NCBI GenBank assembly: GCA_041690295.1
Contig: JAWLHR010000004.1
Coordinates: 1 to 64,000 of the forward strand
Direction: 5' to 3'
Source of the DNA: Bdellovibrionales bacterium
Lineage (GTDB): Bacteria > Bdellovibrionota > Bdellovibrionia > Bdellovibrionales > UBA1609
Length of the DNA: 64,000 nucleotides
Below are positions 9,732 to 19,973 of the stretch, piece by piece. The translations under genes were made by a program, and so were the position numbers. Within the stretch, counting starts at the first letter, position 1; every line of letters begins with the position of its first letter. Below the pieces are notes generated by a model. It had not been told where the DNA came from. It did not search any database and saw nothing but the letters and a program-made list of their open reading frames with translations.

Positions 9732-10238
9732 TTAACGGAGAAAGGCCTTTAGATTTTGTTGGCTCTTTCGGACCTTAGCCCGCATCTCTTTTTGGTTTCG
9801 GATGATGGTCCGTTTAATTCGCGCGTCCAGGAGTCCCATAATACGAACGGCGAGTAAGCCGGCGTTGTGAGCGTTATCGATGGCCACGGTCGCCACGGGA
9901 ATGCCTTTGGGCATTTGCGCTATCGACAAAAGGCTGTCCAAGCCTTTGAGCGGTCTGAGACTAATGGGAACGCCGATGACCGGGAGATGGGTGAGCGAGG
10001 CCACCATTCCGGGCAGGTGAGCGGCGCCGCCCGCTCCCGCGATGATCACTTGGATATTTCTCTCGGCCGCCTTCAACGCGTAATCCTGCATGAACTCCGG
10101 AGTCCGGTGGGCCGAAACCACCTTCATTTCGAAAGGGATTTTAAATTCTTTAAGTACTTTGGCGGCTTCTTTCATGACCGGGGCGTCGGACTGACTGCCC
10201 ATGATGATCGCCACTTTTCCTAACTTTTTCCGGCTCAC
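9732..10238 (-). CDS. purE: N5-carboxyaminoimidazole ribonucleotide mutase
   Basis: [35 protein letters not shown]. Confidence 0.97.
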   Translation of the reverse strand: MSRKKLGKVAIIMGSQSDAPVMKEAAKVLKEFKIPFEMKVVSAHRTPEFMQDYALKAAERNIQVIIAGAGGAAHLPGMVASLTHLPVIGVPISLRPLKGLDSLLSIAQMPKGIPVATVAIDNAHNAGLLAVRIMGLLDARIKRTIIRNQKEMRAKVRKSQQNLKAFLR

Positions 10239-11329
10239 AGCTTAAAATCCTTTCGCCAAAGTTGCGCTTTTTTCAAGGCTTCTTTCGGTCGGCCCGCTAA
10301 AACGTTGATATGGCCCAGTTTGCGGCCCGGACGGTTTTCCGCCTTGCCGTACCAATGCAAGTGTCCCAAAGGTTTGCGTGAAAGTCGAATGTCTCCACCT
10401 TCCCCTAAGAGATTAATCATCGCAAAGCCCGGGCGCATGAGTTCGATTTTCGGAAGCGGCCAGTCCAGTCCGGCGCGCAGATGGTATTCAAACTGGCTAC
10501 AACTTAAGGCGTCTTGCGAATAGTGCGCGGAATTGTGCACCCGCGGGGCCAGTTCATTCACCAAAAGTCCCGATCGGCCGTCGAACAATTCAAATGCCAG
10601 AATTCCGACGTAATCAATTTCATTCATCATGCGTTTCAACTTTTTCACCAGATCGGTGGCCTTCTTGTGCGCGACGGGTCCCATCACGCTGAAGCATCTC
10701 GAGTTCTTTTGCACGCTTTCAACCAGGGGAAGTGAGATGGTTACACCGTTTTTCGAACGGACCAGCGAAAGCGCGAGTTCACGCCGAAAATCAATGAAAC
10801 TTTCGGCGATGAATCCGTGTTGGGTTTTGTTCAATGCGGATTCATCCCCTTGACCTTTTTTGAAAACAAAAGTGCCGTAACCGTCGTAACCGAAGCGCCG
10901 TTGTTTGAGCACGAAGCCTTCGGGAAATTTCTCACGCGCCCGCCGCAGATCCTCTTTGCCGTCCACCGGTAGCCAGGGGCTGGAGGGGATTTTGAAGCGA
11001 TCGAGCAGCTTCTTTTGGGTCAACCGATCCTGTATAGTTTCAATATTTTCGAGCGACGGAAAGACCTTCACATGATCGGGGAGTACGGACCGCAATCGAT
11101 TCACGTCGACGAACTCGCTTTCAAAAGTGATTACATCGACTTTGGAGAGAAAGGATTTCAAATCGTCGTCGGACTCCAGGGATCCTGTTTGCGTGGTCGC
11201 GACCTGGGCCGCCGGCTCGTCGGACTTGCCCGCGAGAATGAGCACGGGTAAACCCAGCGGATGGGCGGCTAAGGACAGCATCCGGGCCAATTGCCCGGCT
11301 CCTAAAATTCCAATGGTTGGGGGTTTCAC
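10235..11329 (-). CDS. purK: N5-CAIR synthetase
   Basis: [36 protein letters not shown]; coupled to purE. Confidence 0.95.
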   Translation of the reverse strand: MKPPTIGILGAGQLARMLSLAAHPLGLPVLILAGKSDEPAAQVATTQTGSLESDDDLKSFLSKVDVITFESEFVDVNRLRSVLPDHVKVFPSLENIETIQDRLTQKKLLDRFKIPSSPWLPVDGKEDLRRAREKFPEGFVLKQRRFGYDGYGTFVFKKGQGDESALNKTQHGFIAESFIDFRRELALSLVRSKNGVTISLPLVESVQKNSRCFSVMGPVAHKKATDLVKKLKRMMNEIDYVGILAFELFDGRSGLLVNELAPRVHNSAHYSQDALSCSQFEYHLRAGLDWPLPKIELMRPGFAMINLLGEGGDIRLSRKPLGHLHWYGKAENRPGRKLGHINVLAGRPKEALKKAQLWRKDFKL

Positions 11330-11383
11330 AGCATAAAAATAGCCATAGGTGGCGATTTTAACAAGGTTGCGTTAAGAAAAAGC

Positions 11384-12448
11384 ATGACGTTGGGCACCGA
11401 TTATCTGCGCCGTAAACTTCCGGTTGCAAATGTGAATTTTCCTGTTTGTTTGGCGCCAATGGTGGGGCTTTCCCATGTGGCGGTTCGAACCCTTGTGCGC
11501 CGCTATTTGCCCCGTGATGCGGTCACGATCTGGCCCACCGAAATGCTTTCGAGTTGGCGGTTGCCGAATGAAGAATTGGGTTCCACGCCTGAGACCCGCC
11601 GCGCTCCCGGTGAGACTCATCTTGTTCCGCAAATTCTCGGTAACGAAGAAGAGCCGATTCGCAAAAGCTTGCAAAAGCTCGAGGACTGGGGCGTTTGCGG
11701 TGTCGACATCAATATGGGTTGTCCCGTGAAAAAGGCTTTGCGCCACAATTACGGAGTGGCTTTGATGGGCGATGCCGAATATGCGGCGGCTGTCGTGGCG
11801 ATGACGGTTCGGCACGCCAAGGTTCCCGTGTCGGTGAAACTTCGCGCGGGCCTGCAAGGTGATCTGGCTTTCTTGGAGAAATTCGTGACCGGCTTGGTGC
11901 GCGCGGGGGCTTCGTGGCTGACGCTTCATCCGCGGATCGGCAGTCAGAAGAGAAGGGGTGCGGCGGATTGGTCGCAAATCCGGTTCGTGCGTGATCGGGT
12001 TGGGGTTCCCGTGATCGGCAACGGCGATGTGCAATGCTTGGATGATGTTTTCGCCATGATGGATGTGACCGGGTGTGATCTGGTCATGGTGGGGCGGGCG
12101 CTAGTGGCCCGGCCGTGGTTGTTGTGGCAGGTCGGTGAACGTTTGGGCCTTAGTGCGCCGGCGGATGATTCCCTTGAACGTTGTCCGTGGACACCGGCGG
12201 AAGAGGGTCGCGAGTACGGTCGGGCGGCGCTGTTTTTGGTGGACGAATTGGAGCGTCACTTTGAATGGAATGCGGCGTTCACACGCTTTAAGTTCTACAT
12301 CCGGATGACCATGGGATGGTTGGAGTTTGGTCATCACTTGTTCTCCCTAGTCAGCCGCGCGCGCTCGTTTGACGATTTGCGGGCGGCTTTAAATTCCTTT
12401 TTCGCGGTCGAGCAGCGGATGTGCGCGCGCACGCAGCTGCGGGAGTGA
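11384..12448 (+). CDS. tRNA-dihydrouridine synthase family protein (DusB-like)
   Basis: LAPMVG, DINMGCP (catalytic Cys), SVKLR, IGNGDV, MVGR. Confidence 0.88.
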   Translation: MTLGTDYLRRKLPVANVNFPVCLAPMVGLSHVAVRTLVRRYLPRDAVTIWPTEMLSSWRLPNEELGSTPETRRAPGETHLVPQILGNEEEPIRKSLQKLEDWGVCGVDINMGCPVKKALRHNYGVALMGDAEYAAAVVAMTVRHAKVPVSVKLRAGLQGDLAFLEKFVTGLVRAGASWLTLHPRIGSQKRRGAADWSQIRFVRDRVGVPVIGNGDVQCLDDVFAMMDVTGCDLVMVGRALVARPWLLWQVGERLGLSAPADDSLERCPWTPAEEGREYGRAALFLVDELERHFEWNAAFTRFKFYIRMTMGWLEFGHHLFSLVSRARSFDDLRAALNSFFAVEQRMCARTQLRE

Positions 12449-12587
12449 GCCGTCGAACGCGGGCCGCGTGAGCCAAGGTGTTGTGTGCATCGCCTTTGTG
12501 TTCGAGCCATGTCTCATTTTGATATGCCCAGAGGTTGGGCAACGTTTTCCGCATAAACATCGAGTTTCAATTAAAGCCATTTATCAC

Positions 12588-12603
12588 TGGCGCCGGATTT
12601 GCT
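12588..12603 (+). promoter_or_regulatory. sigma54 promoter
   Basis: TGGCGCCGGATTTGCT, GG-N10-GC, 27 nt upstream of ATG 12631. Confidence 0.55.
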
Positions 12604-12630
12604 GTGCATGAAGTGGGGCGGGGTGATTGA

Positions 12631-13446
12631 ATGCGAAATTACAAATTCGATCGAGCTGATTTTTGGATGGCTGCGGGTGGGATCACGGCGCTTTTGGCCT
12701 TGTTAAGTTACTTCGATTACGCGCACAGGTTGTCAGCCATATGGAGTTTGGGGGTCGGTTTTTGTTTCCTCATCCGGGGCTTCGTCTTAAAGAGCCCCAC
12801 GTCAGCGACCAATATCTTAAGCGACATGGAAACCCATCTCATGAATGGGATCCAGTCGTCTTTCCGCGTGGCCAATGATTTTTTGAAATCGAGGGGATTG
12901 GCGGCGCCGGAACCCGCGACGCGCGTGGCCCTTGAGCAAAGTCCCCATAAAATGGTGATTCACACTGAAATCGCGGCGCCCAGAAAAAGCCGCCCGAGCC
13001 AGTCAAAACTGATGTTCAGCGACCCGCTTGGTGTTCCCCAGAAGAAAGAAATCACTTCGATCGAACTGACCAAGTTGAACGAGGAGTTCGGTGAGAGACT
13101 CGGTCAAGTGTACGGCCATCTCGAGGCGGCACTGAACCAGTTGGACGCGCAAGTGGAGCGGTGGCGCCGGAGTGAGATCGAATTAAGCCAATTGGATCGG
13201 CAGTGGAACATGGTCTTCAGAGCCACATTGTCGAAGCTGGAGCGTGAGATCGCTCAGATGCCGCTGGAAGACACGGTCAGCGGCCCGTTCCGCCGTCATT
13301 GTCTCGAACTCATCGACGCGGCCGTGGAGTACTATTCCGAGTTGGTCAGCGCGACGCCGACACCGGACGTGCGCATGCAGACCCTCGAAGCCAAATACGA
13401 GCAGTTAAAGATCCAGGCCCGCCAAGACCGCGCGGCCTCCGGTTAA
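12631..13446 (+). CDS. Hypothetical membrane-anchored coiled-coil protein
   Basis: Two N-terminal hydrophobic segments and a helical C-terminus; no recognised family. Confidence 0.65.
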   Translation: MRNYKFDRADFWMAAGGITALLALLSYFDYAHRLSAIWSLGVGFCFLIRGFVLKSPTSATNILSDMETHLMNGIQSSFRVANDFLKSRGLAAPEPATRVALEQSPHKMVIHTEIAAPRKSRPSQSKLMFSDPLGVPQKKEITSIELTKLNEEFGERLGQVYGHLEAALNQLDAQVERWRRSEIELSQLDRQWNMVFRATLSKLEREIAQMPLEDTVSGPFRRHCLELIDAAVEYYSELVSATPTPDVRMQTLEAKYEQLKIQARQDRAASG

Positions 13447-13666
13447 TCGCTTCTTCTCATCGTGATTGTGGGCCAGAGCTTCTTGGCCGGCGCGCACCAA
13501 GCATCCCGCATTCGTCAAAAAACCGCTCTGTATTCCCCGAAGAAACGCTTTGATCGCGAGATATCAAGCCAGCAAAACATCGCCGCGAAAACAAAAAGTC
13601 CCAAAAATCCGCCTGCGAAAACCGTGATAGATGGCCTCATCGGAACACCGAAGGAGGGCTTTGTTC

Positions 13667-14163
13667 ATGAACTTGAGAAAAATTTCTGATCCCGAACTGC
13701 TGGCGAACACCGAAAAACTCGCGCGACAAGAACGTGAAATCCTCACACGAGTTCTTCATCACTTACGCGAAATCGAACGCCGCCGACTGTTCTCGGCACT
13801 CGGATACAAATCGCTTTTTGAATACGCCGTTAAAAGGTTGGGTTACAGTGATGATCAAGCCGGTCGGCGGATCGCGGCCATGCGGCTTCTCCAAGAGATT
13901 CCTGAGATCGAATCGAAGATCGAATCGGGTGCATTGACGTTGACCAATATCGGTATGGCGCAATCATTGTTTCGAAGTACATTTCGATCCGAGTATGCCG
14001 TCAACTATGGCAAAAAGCCGAAGGGCGGTGCGAAAACTGCGGCTCCTTTCGCGCCTTACAGATCGATCACCGGCGCCCGGTCGCCAAAGGCGGGGGCAAT
14101 GATCTCAACAATCTTCGCCTGTTGTGCCGATCATGCAATCAGCGCGTGGCGATTGAGCAATAA
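13667..14163 (+). pseudogene. Bdellovibrio-type HNH endonuclease gene with internal deletion and frameshift near 13970
   Basis: AAGGAGG RBS; N-terminal domain (VLHHLREIERRRLF..GYKSLFEY..LGYS..A.RRI.AMRL) in one frame; HNH domain (RCENCG..LQIDHRRPVAKGGGNDLNNLRLLCRSCN) in the -1 frame ending TAA 14161-14163. Confidence 0.8.
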
Positions 14164-14818
14164 TTGACCGTTGCACCGGACGAGAAGGTCTTGAGTTCAG
14201 CGGTCGTGACCCAGCTGTACGCTTCGATGGCCACTCGTTCAGAGACGGCGAATCCCGCTCCTAATTGCGCGCCGATACCGCCATTCTCCGAGTGCGAGCC
14301 CGAGAACCCAGCCGCGGGTTTGAATCGTACGATGCTGTAGTTCAATCCGAAAGGTAAATAGAACCAATCCCACCGATAAACCGCGCTACCGTAAAAAGTG
14401 GTGAATTGTATTTAGATGAACCGGAACCGCCGTTGATTGGGACAACTAACACCTCGGTTTCGACTGTGCCGCTTTCGAGCTCCCGCTCGGCCTCATAATT
14501 GAGACCACCAATAAAACCCCAATTGTAGCGAGGGGTCATTCGAGCTTCAAGAATGAGTGAAGCGACCTTCTCATAACGGAGCTTCGCCTTACCCGTCACG
14601 GACACCGTCGTCGAAGTGTACTGCAATTTGTCGAATTCCGCATCCGGCGCGCTCAACATAATTCCAACACCCACGCCAAATCGGATTCGCCTCTCATCAG
14701 AGTATGTGTTCGTGAAAGATGGTGGAGACTCCGGAGCAGCTGGCGCCGCTTCCGGCTTATCTTGGGCAGATATAGCGCTTGAGTAAATGAGCGCGACCAA
14801 TAGTAGTAAGGCTTTCAT
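14139..14818 (-). pseudogene. Outer-membrane beta-barrel protein, frameshifted near 14411 and probably 3'-truncated
   Basis: Adding one base near TCTAAA joins ORF 14342..14818 to QFTTFYGSAVYRWDWFYLPFGLNYS...GIGAQLGAGF, an amphipathic beta-strand pattern; no terminal aromatic residue. Confidence 0.7.
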
Positions 14819-14936
14819 TGAAGCTCCAATTGTTCGCGAAATTGTTAATTATTGTTTATAGTCCAGCTTTAAAATGCACGTGGACAAGCGAAAGTTATCG
14901 GCCAAGATGTAGGTCCGAGTTCAGGTGAACAAAAAA

Positions 14937-15194
14937 CTACCCATTCACCATTCGCGCCAGTTCGCCGCTGGCGTCCAGCGCCGCCAGTTCGGTGTAGCCG
15001 CCGATCATTTTATCGCCGATGAAGATTTGCGGCACCGTCAGAAATTTGGTGCGCTCGCGCAAGGCACGCAGTTCTTCGTCTTTGCCGTCCAAGTTGATTT
15101 CCTCGAATGGAATGCCTCGCCCGCTCAATAATTGCTTGGCACGGACACAGTAAGGGCAGTTGGACCAAGTGTAGACTTGAACTTTAGCTGGCAT
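14937..15194 (-). CDS. grxC: Glutaredoxin 3
   Basis: CPYC active site, TVPQIFIG, GG. Confidence 0.92.
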   Translation of the reverse strand: MPAKVQVYTWSNCPYCVRAKQLLSGRGIPFEEINLDGKDEELRALRERTKFLTVPQIFIGDKMIGGYTELAALDASGELARMVNG

Positions 15195-16180
15195 GCGGCA
15201 AATTCCTTTTCAATAAAGGCGAAAAACTCATCCACCTTTTCACTCTTCTCGATCACCCTTACCATGAGAAACCATCGCCCGTACAGCTCTTGATTCCGCG
15301 ACCAGTAACGTAAAATCTGTTTAAGACGAACCAAACCGTAATGCGGGCCGCGAAACGTCACGCTTCGACGGTGAAATTCTCGTAAAAACTTAATCGGATC
15401 AAAATCAGAAAAAGCCAGCGACACAGAAGAGTCATTACAAACCGCACGAATTTCCCGCGCCAGCGTGGGCCGCGCCACCAAACCTCGGCCGAGCGCCACA
15501 CGACTCACTCCGCTCTCGCTCACGCACCGATGATAATCGTCCACCGACCAGATCTCACCATTCGCCAGAAACGGAAGGCGACGGCCCTCCCGCATCGACC
15601 GGATAAACGACCAATGGGCCGGAGGCGTGTACATTTCGGTCTTCGTTCGCGCATGGACCACAATATGCGAGGCGCCGGCCTCATCCACCGCCGCCGCGAT
15701 CTCGCGATGAAAATTTTTGTGATCAAAACCCAACCGAACTTTCGCGGTCACCGGCACACCCAAAGGCACCGCCGCCCGAACCGCGCGGGTGACATCGTAA
15801 AGCCGCCTTGGCTCGCGCAATAAAGCCGCCCCACCGTCATGGCGATTCACCGTCTTCGCCGGACAGCCGAAGTTCAAATCAACGCCAGGCGCGCCCAATT
15901 CCACCACACGGGCGGCGTTTTCCGCCATCGGCCCCGGCTGCCCGCCAAGCAGCTGAACAAAAACCGGAACCCCAGAAGAAGTACAACCACCAGACTCGCG
16001 TAACTCCGGTGCGTACTTGTAAAACACATGATCCGGCAAAAGTTTGTCCGTGACCCGAACGAACTCCGTTACCATGCGGTCAACGCCGCCGATCTCGCTC
16101 AAAAGACCGCGCAAAACCCAATCCAGCACGCCTTCCATCGGCGCCAGTTGTATTAACGGCGGGCCATACGCACGATGCAC
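15125..16180 (-). CDS. tRNA-dihydrouridine synthase (DusC-like)
   Basis: LAPMEG, VTEFVRV, DLNFGCPAKTVN, KVRLG, VHART, ANGEI. Confidence 0.88.
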   Translation of the reverse strand: MHRAYGPPLIQLAPMEGVLDWVLRGLLSEIGGVDRMVTEFVRVTDKLLPDHVFYKYAPELRESGGCTSSGVPVFVQLLGGQPGPMAENAARVVELGAPGVDLNFGCPAKTVNRHDGGAALLREPRRLYDVTRAVRAAVPLGVPVTAKVRLGFDHKNFHREIAAAVDEAGASHIVVHARTKTEMYTPPAHWSFIRSMREGRRLPFLANGEIWSVDDYHRCVSESGVSRVALGRGLVARPTLAREIRAVCNDSSVSLAFSDFDPIKFLREFHRRSVTFRGPHYGLVRLKQILRYWSRNQELYGRWFLMVRVIEKSEKVDEFFAFIEKEFAACQLKFKSTLGPTALTVSVPSNY

Positions 16181-16611
16181 TCGTACTCCTCGCGGGTGAC
16201 CGGCTGGATTGATAAACGCTGCCCCGGTTTCAACAGCAGCATGTTTTTCAGCCGGGGCTCAGCGCGAATGCGACTGAGTTCAACAAGCGAAGGGAATTTC
16301 TCGACAAACTCAACCCGCACGCAGTGCCACACCGGTTTCTCGCGGGTGGCACGAGGCTCAAAGTAAGGGGATTTCTTATCGAACTGTGTGGGATCAGGCT
16401 CTGCCGGGCCCGAAACCCGCGCCAAACCGGCGACTCCCGGCGGATTCGCGCTGGAGTGATAAAAGAGCACCTGATCTCCCACCTGCATTTCCTTCATCAT
16501 GAAGTTACGGGCTTGATAATTGCGCACGCCGTCCCACAGAGAGGAGCCGACTTTGCGTAAGTCATCTATGGAAAAAGTCTCCGGTTCGGATTTCATGAGC
16601 CAGTATTTCAC
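16153..16611 (-). CDS. EVE domain protein
   Basis: YWLMKSEP, WDGVRNYQARN, FYHS, RLSIQPV; start set at GTG 16611. Confidence 0.93.
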   Translation of the reverse strand: MKYWLMKSEPETFSIDDLRKVGSSLWDGVRNYQARNFMMKEMQVGDQVLFYHSSANPPGVAGLARVSGPAEPDPTQFDKKSPYFEPRATREKPVWHCVRVEFVEKFPSLVELSRIRAEPRLKNMLLLKPGQRLSIQPVTREEYECIVRMARR

Positions 16612-16727
16612 GTTCGTGAAGCTATCTGAAAGCGCCGCGCCAGACAACTTTTGGATGTCCTCATGAGCCAATCCAAGCTATTTTTCAGCCTGCATTTGGC
16701 TCTTTTTTAAAGTGGAGGACATCAGTC

Positions 16728-18119
16728 GTGGGATTTCGCATTGAAAAAGACAGTATGGGTGAAATTCAAGTGCCCGAGGATCGCCTTTGGGGCGCTCAAA
16801 CCCAGCGTTCACTTGAAAATTTTCGCATCGGCGGCGATCGTTTTCCGCGGGAAATGATCCGCGCCCTGGGAATTCTCAAAAAAAGCGCGGCCCGCGCCAA
16901 CGAAAAACTGGGTTTACTTCCAAGCAATAAAGCCAAGCCGATCATTCAGGCGGCCGACGAAGTGATCGAAGGCCGTTGGGACGCGGAATTTCCGCTGGTG
17001 GTTTGGCAAACCGGATCCGGCACTCAGACCAATATGAACACCAATGAGGTGATCGCCAACCGCGCCATTCAGATCATGGGTGAGAAGCCGGGAAGCAAAG
17101 CCATCCATCCCAATGACGATGTCAATAAGGCGCAGTCCTCGAACGACACTTTTCCCACCGCCATGCACATCGCGGTCGCGGAACGGGCCAATAAACATCT
17201 TCTGCCCAATGTGAAAAAGCTCGCTCAGGCCTTACGGGCGAAAGAAAAAGAATTCAAAGACATCGTTAAAATCGGCCGCACCCACCTCATGGACGCCACA
17301 CCACTGACACTCGGTCAGGAGATGTCAGGCTACGCCACCCAATTGGAGTTCGGCATTGAACGGATCGAAGCGGCCCTCAAACATGTTTACTATCTGGCGC
17401 TCGGGGGAACCGCGGTGGGAACCGGATTGAACACCCATCCCAAATTCGCCCAGCTCGCGGCGGAAATGATCGCGGAAGAAACCAAATTACCCTTCGTCAG
17501 CGCGCCCAACAAATTTGAAGCCCTGGCCGCTCACGATGCCCTCGTGCAGTTTTCCGGCACACTGAAAACTTTGGCCTGCAGTCTGATGAAGATCGCCAAC
17601 GATTTCCGCCTGCTCGGCAGCGGTCCGCGCTCGGGCTTCGGTGAACTTATACTTCCCGCCAACGAGCCGGGAAGCTCCATCATGCCGGGCAAGGTGAACC
17701 CCACGCAAAGTGAAGCCATGACCATGGTGTGCGCCCAGGTGATCGGCAACGATATGGCCGTGGCCGTCGGTGGCGCCACCGGACATCTCGAATTGAACGT
17801 CTTCAAACCCATGATCGTGTTCAACGTGCTCAATTCCATCCGTCTGCTTGGCGACGCTTGTGAATCCTTCCGCACCAATTGCGTGGAAGGCACCAAAGCC
17901 AATGTGGCGCAGATCAAAAAACATCTGGAAAACAGCCTTATGCTGGTCACAGCGCTCAATCCGCATATCGGCTACGACAACGCGGCGAAAATCGCCAAGG
18001 CGGCTTGGGAGCGGGGAACCACTCTCAAAGAAGAAGCGCTTCGCCTCGGTCTTCTGGACGCGGAAAAGTTTGATTCGATCGTCCGGCCGGAGCGCATGAT
18101 CGGTCCCGAAGGAGTGTAA
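16728..18119 (+). CDS. fumC: Fumarate hydratase class II
   Basis: [33 protein letters not shown]. Confidence 0.97.
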   Translation: MGFRIEKDSMGEIQVPEDRLWGAQTQRSLENFRIGGDRFPREMIRALGILKKSAARANEKLGLLPSNKAKPIIQAADEVIEGRWDAEFPLVVWQTGSGTQTNMNTNEVIANRAIQIMGEKPGSKAIHPNDDVNKAQSSNDTFPTAMHIAVAERANKHLLPNVKKLAQALRAKEKEFKDIVKIGRTHLMDATPLTLGQEMSGYATQLEFGIERIEAALKHVYYLALGGTAVGTGLNTHPKFAQLAAEMIAEETKLPFVSAPNKFEALAAHDALVQFSGTLKTLACSLMKIANDFRLLGSGPRSGFGELILPANEPGSSIMPGKVNPTQSEAMTMVCAQVIGNDMAVAVGGATGHLELNVFKPMIVFNVLNSIRLLGDACESFRTNCVEGTKANVAQIKKHLENSLMLVTALNPHIGYDNAAKIAKAAWERGTTLKEEALRLGLLDAEKFDSIVRPERMIGPEGV

Positions 18120-18649
18120 TGAAGATCGCCGTTTTCTGCAGTTCAAGCACCGACGTGAGCCCCATGTTTCTTGACGAAATCGAGCGCCTTGGTGAGGCGC
18201 TCGCCGAAAAAGGGCACACCATCGTTTACGGCGGGTGCAACACGGGCTGCATGGGCGCTTTAGCTCGCGGCGTGCAACGTAAAAAGGGCGAATTGATCGG
18301 CGTGATTCCGCAAATGGACTTTGCGCTAGGGATCGTCCAGCCAGGCCTCAGCCAGGAAAAAGTCGTTCCCACGCTCTCGTCCCGCAAAGAGGTCTTGATC
18401 AGTCTGGCGGACGCGTTTTTGGTTTATCCGGGTGGAATCGGCACTTTGGACGAAGTCTTTGAAGTCTTGGCTTTAAAAAGTTTAGGGATCGTCAAAAAGC
18501 CTCTGGTGTTTTATGATTTCCTCAACACCTGGTCGCCGTTTCTGGAATACATGGAAACGCTCGTGCAAATCCGGATGATACGTCACCGATTGGATGAGCT
18601 TTTGACCGTGGAGAATCAGTTTGAGCGGGTGGTGGAGGCTTTTTCATAA
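18119..18649 (+). CDS. LOG family (TIGR00730) nucleotide phosphoribohydrolase
   Basis: VYGG..GCMG, PGGIGTLDE; start overlaps the fumC stop. Confidence 0.9.
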   Translation: MKIAVFCSSSTDVSPMFLDEIERLGEALAEKGHTIVYGGCNTGCMGALARGVQRKKGELIGVIPQMDFALGIVQPGLSQEKVVPTLSSRKEVLISLADAFLVYPGGIGTLDEVFEVLALKSLGIVKKPLVFYDFLNTWSPFLEYMETLVQIRMIRHRLDELLTVENQFERVVEAFS

Positions 18650-19534
18650 ATGATCACATCGGATCTCTTTGCCAATCCCCGTTTGCAGTGGCTGAAACGG
18701 GCGGAACTTAAGCCGTACGTGTTCGTTCGGCCGGAAAACCGTATATCTCAGCCGGGAATGAAGTTCGATCTCAATTGGTTCAAGGGAAAAGAACTTGAAC
18801 CCATCTATAAAAATCCAATGCACATGGAAGAGGTCGATTTCGCGGACCAGATCATGCGACTGGAGACGGCGGCCTTTTCGGCCAGCAATATGCCCATGCC
18901 CCGTTGGGTTTTTTATGATTGCGCCATTATGCCCGGCTTCGTCGCCGGATTCGCCATTCATCGCGAAAAAGCCACCGCGGAAATGCTCAATGTCCTTAAA
19001 CCCAAAGAAGATAGCGAATGGTTGCCGATCTCGCTTTTCATCATGATTCCCACCATGGCCGAGAAGGAGTGGGTAGCTCACAACTTATGTTCCATAAATT
19101 CGCTGATCCCCAGAGACCAGGGCATTTACGGACTGGGATTTCTCACGAAAGCGTTCGGTCTTTGGTACGCGAACGTTGAAGTTCTTTGTGGAATCACCCA
19201 ATGGGGGAGCCCAGCCATGCGACTCCACACCCATTACGGGGACTTCGAGGTCTTAACGGCCTATACGCCCGTTCACTCCTACGCCCGAACTTTGACTTAT
19301 CGCATGGTGACCGACACGCGGGAATGGGCGCGATTTTTCTCCCAGGAGCAAGATCCCGATTTCGCGACGAAATACGAGGAGGCCGGCTTCGAGGTGGACC
19401 CCAAAGACGACGAAAGTTTGATCGCTTTCCAGCGCCGGCTGCAGGACGGGTCGATAAAATATTATCTCAACGCCACGCAAATTCGCACTCAGCCGCTTGA
19501 TGTCCCGCTAAAAGTGTACAAACGTAGAGAGTAG
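18650..19534 (+). CDS. Hypothetical protein, possibly GNAT-like fold
   Basis: Long coupled ORF; HNLCSIN...GLGFLTKAFGL resembles a GNAT motif A region. Confidence 0.65.
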   Translation: MITSDLFANPRLQWLKRAELKPYVFVRPENRISQPGMKFDLNWFKGKELEPIYKNPMHMEEVDFADQIMRLETAAFSASNMPMPRWVFYDCAIMPGFVAGFAIHREKATAEMLNVLKPKEDSEWLPISLFIMIPTMAEKEWVAHNLCSINSLIPRDQGIYGLGFLTKAFGLWYANVEVLCGITQWGSPAMRLHTHYGDFEVLTAYTPVHSYARTLTYRMVTDTREWARFFSQEQDPDFATKYEEAGFEVDPKDDESLIAFQRRLQDGSIKYYLNATQIRTQPLDVPLKVYKRRE

Positions 19535-19547
19535 AGCGAAGGTGACT

Positions 19548-19967
19548 ATGTCGACCAATCAATTGCCTGGTGTTGCAAAGAAAGTTTTCTATCCCTGTAA
19601 GAAGTGTGAAACTGAACGATATCAGGTCGTTTTGGCTCACATCTCTTCCAAATCGGCGCGGCTTGAGTGTGAAGTGTGTCGGACCAAAAACACTTTCACC
19701 TTGGATGAACCAAAGTCGGCCCGGCGATCCGCCGTTCCCAAAAGGTCCGCGGGCGCCAAAATGGCCGCCCATTTGTCACGCTGGCAAGAGTTGCGCAAGA
19801 ATCAATCCAGTCAACCGACTCCCTACAATATGAAAGCTTTGTTTGAAACGGGAGCTTGCGTGCAACACCCGAAGTTCGGACTGGGTTTTGTTATCGCTTC
19901 AAATGGTCAGGCCATTCAGGTGGTTTTTGAGGATGCGGAACGTTCATTGGTCCACAATCGCCAGTAA
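19548..19967 (+). CDS. Hypothetical Zn-ribbon protein
   Basis: CKKC...CEVC plus C-terminal HPKFGLGFV..VVFED SH3/Tudor-like segment. Confidence 0.7.
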   Translation: MSTNQLPGVAKKVFYPCKKCETERYQVVLAHISSKSARLECEVCRTKNTFTLDEPKSARRSAVPKRSAGAKMAAHLSRWQELRKNQSSQPTPYNMKALFETGACVQHPKFGLGFVIASNGQAIQVVFEDAERSLVHNRQ

Positions 19968-19973
19968 ACTCCC

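Noticed and set aside
14895..14921. sigma28 promoter for the OMP pseudogene
   Set aside because: GCCGATAA is perfect but no acceptable -35 element lies at the right spacing.
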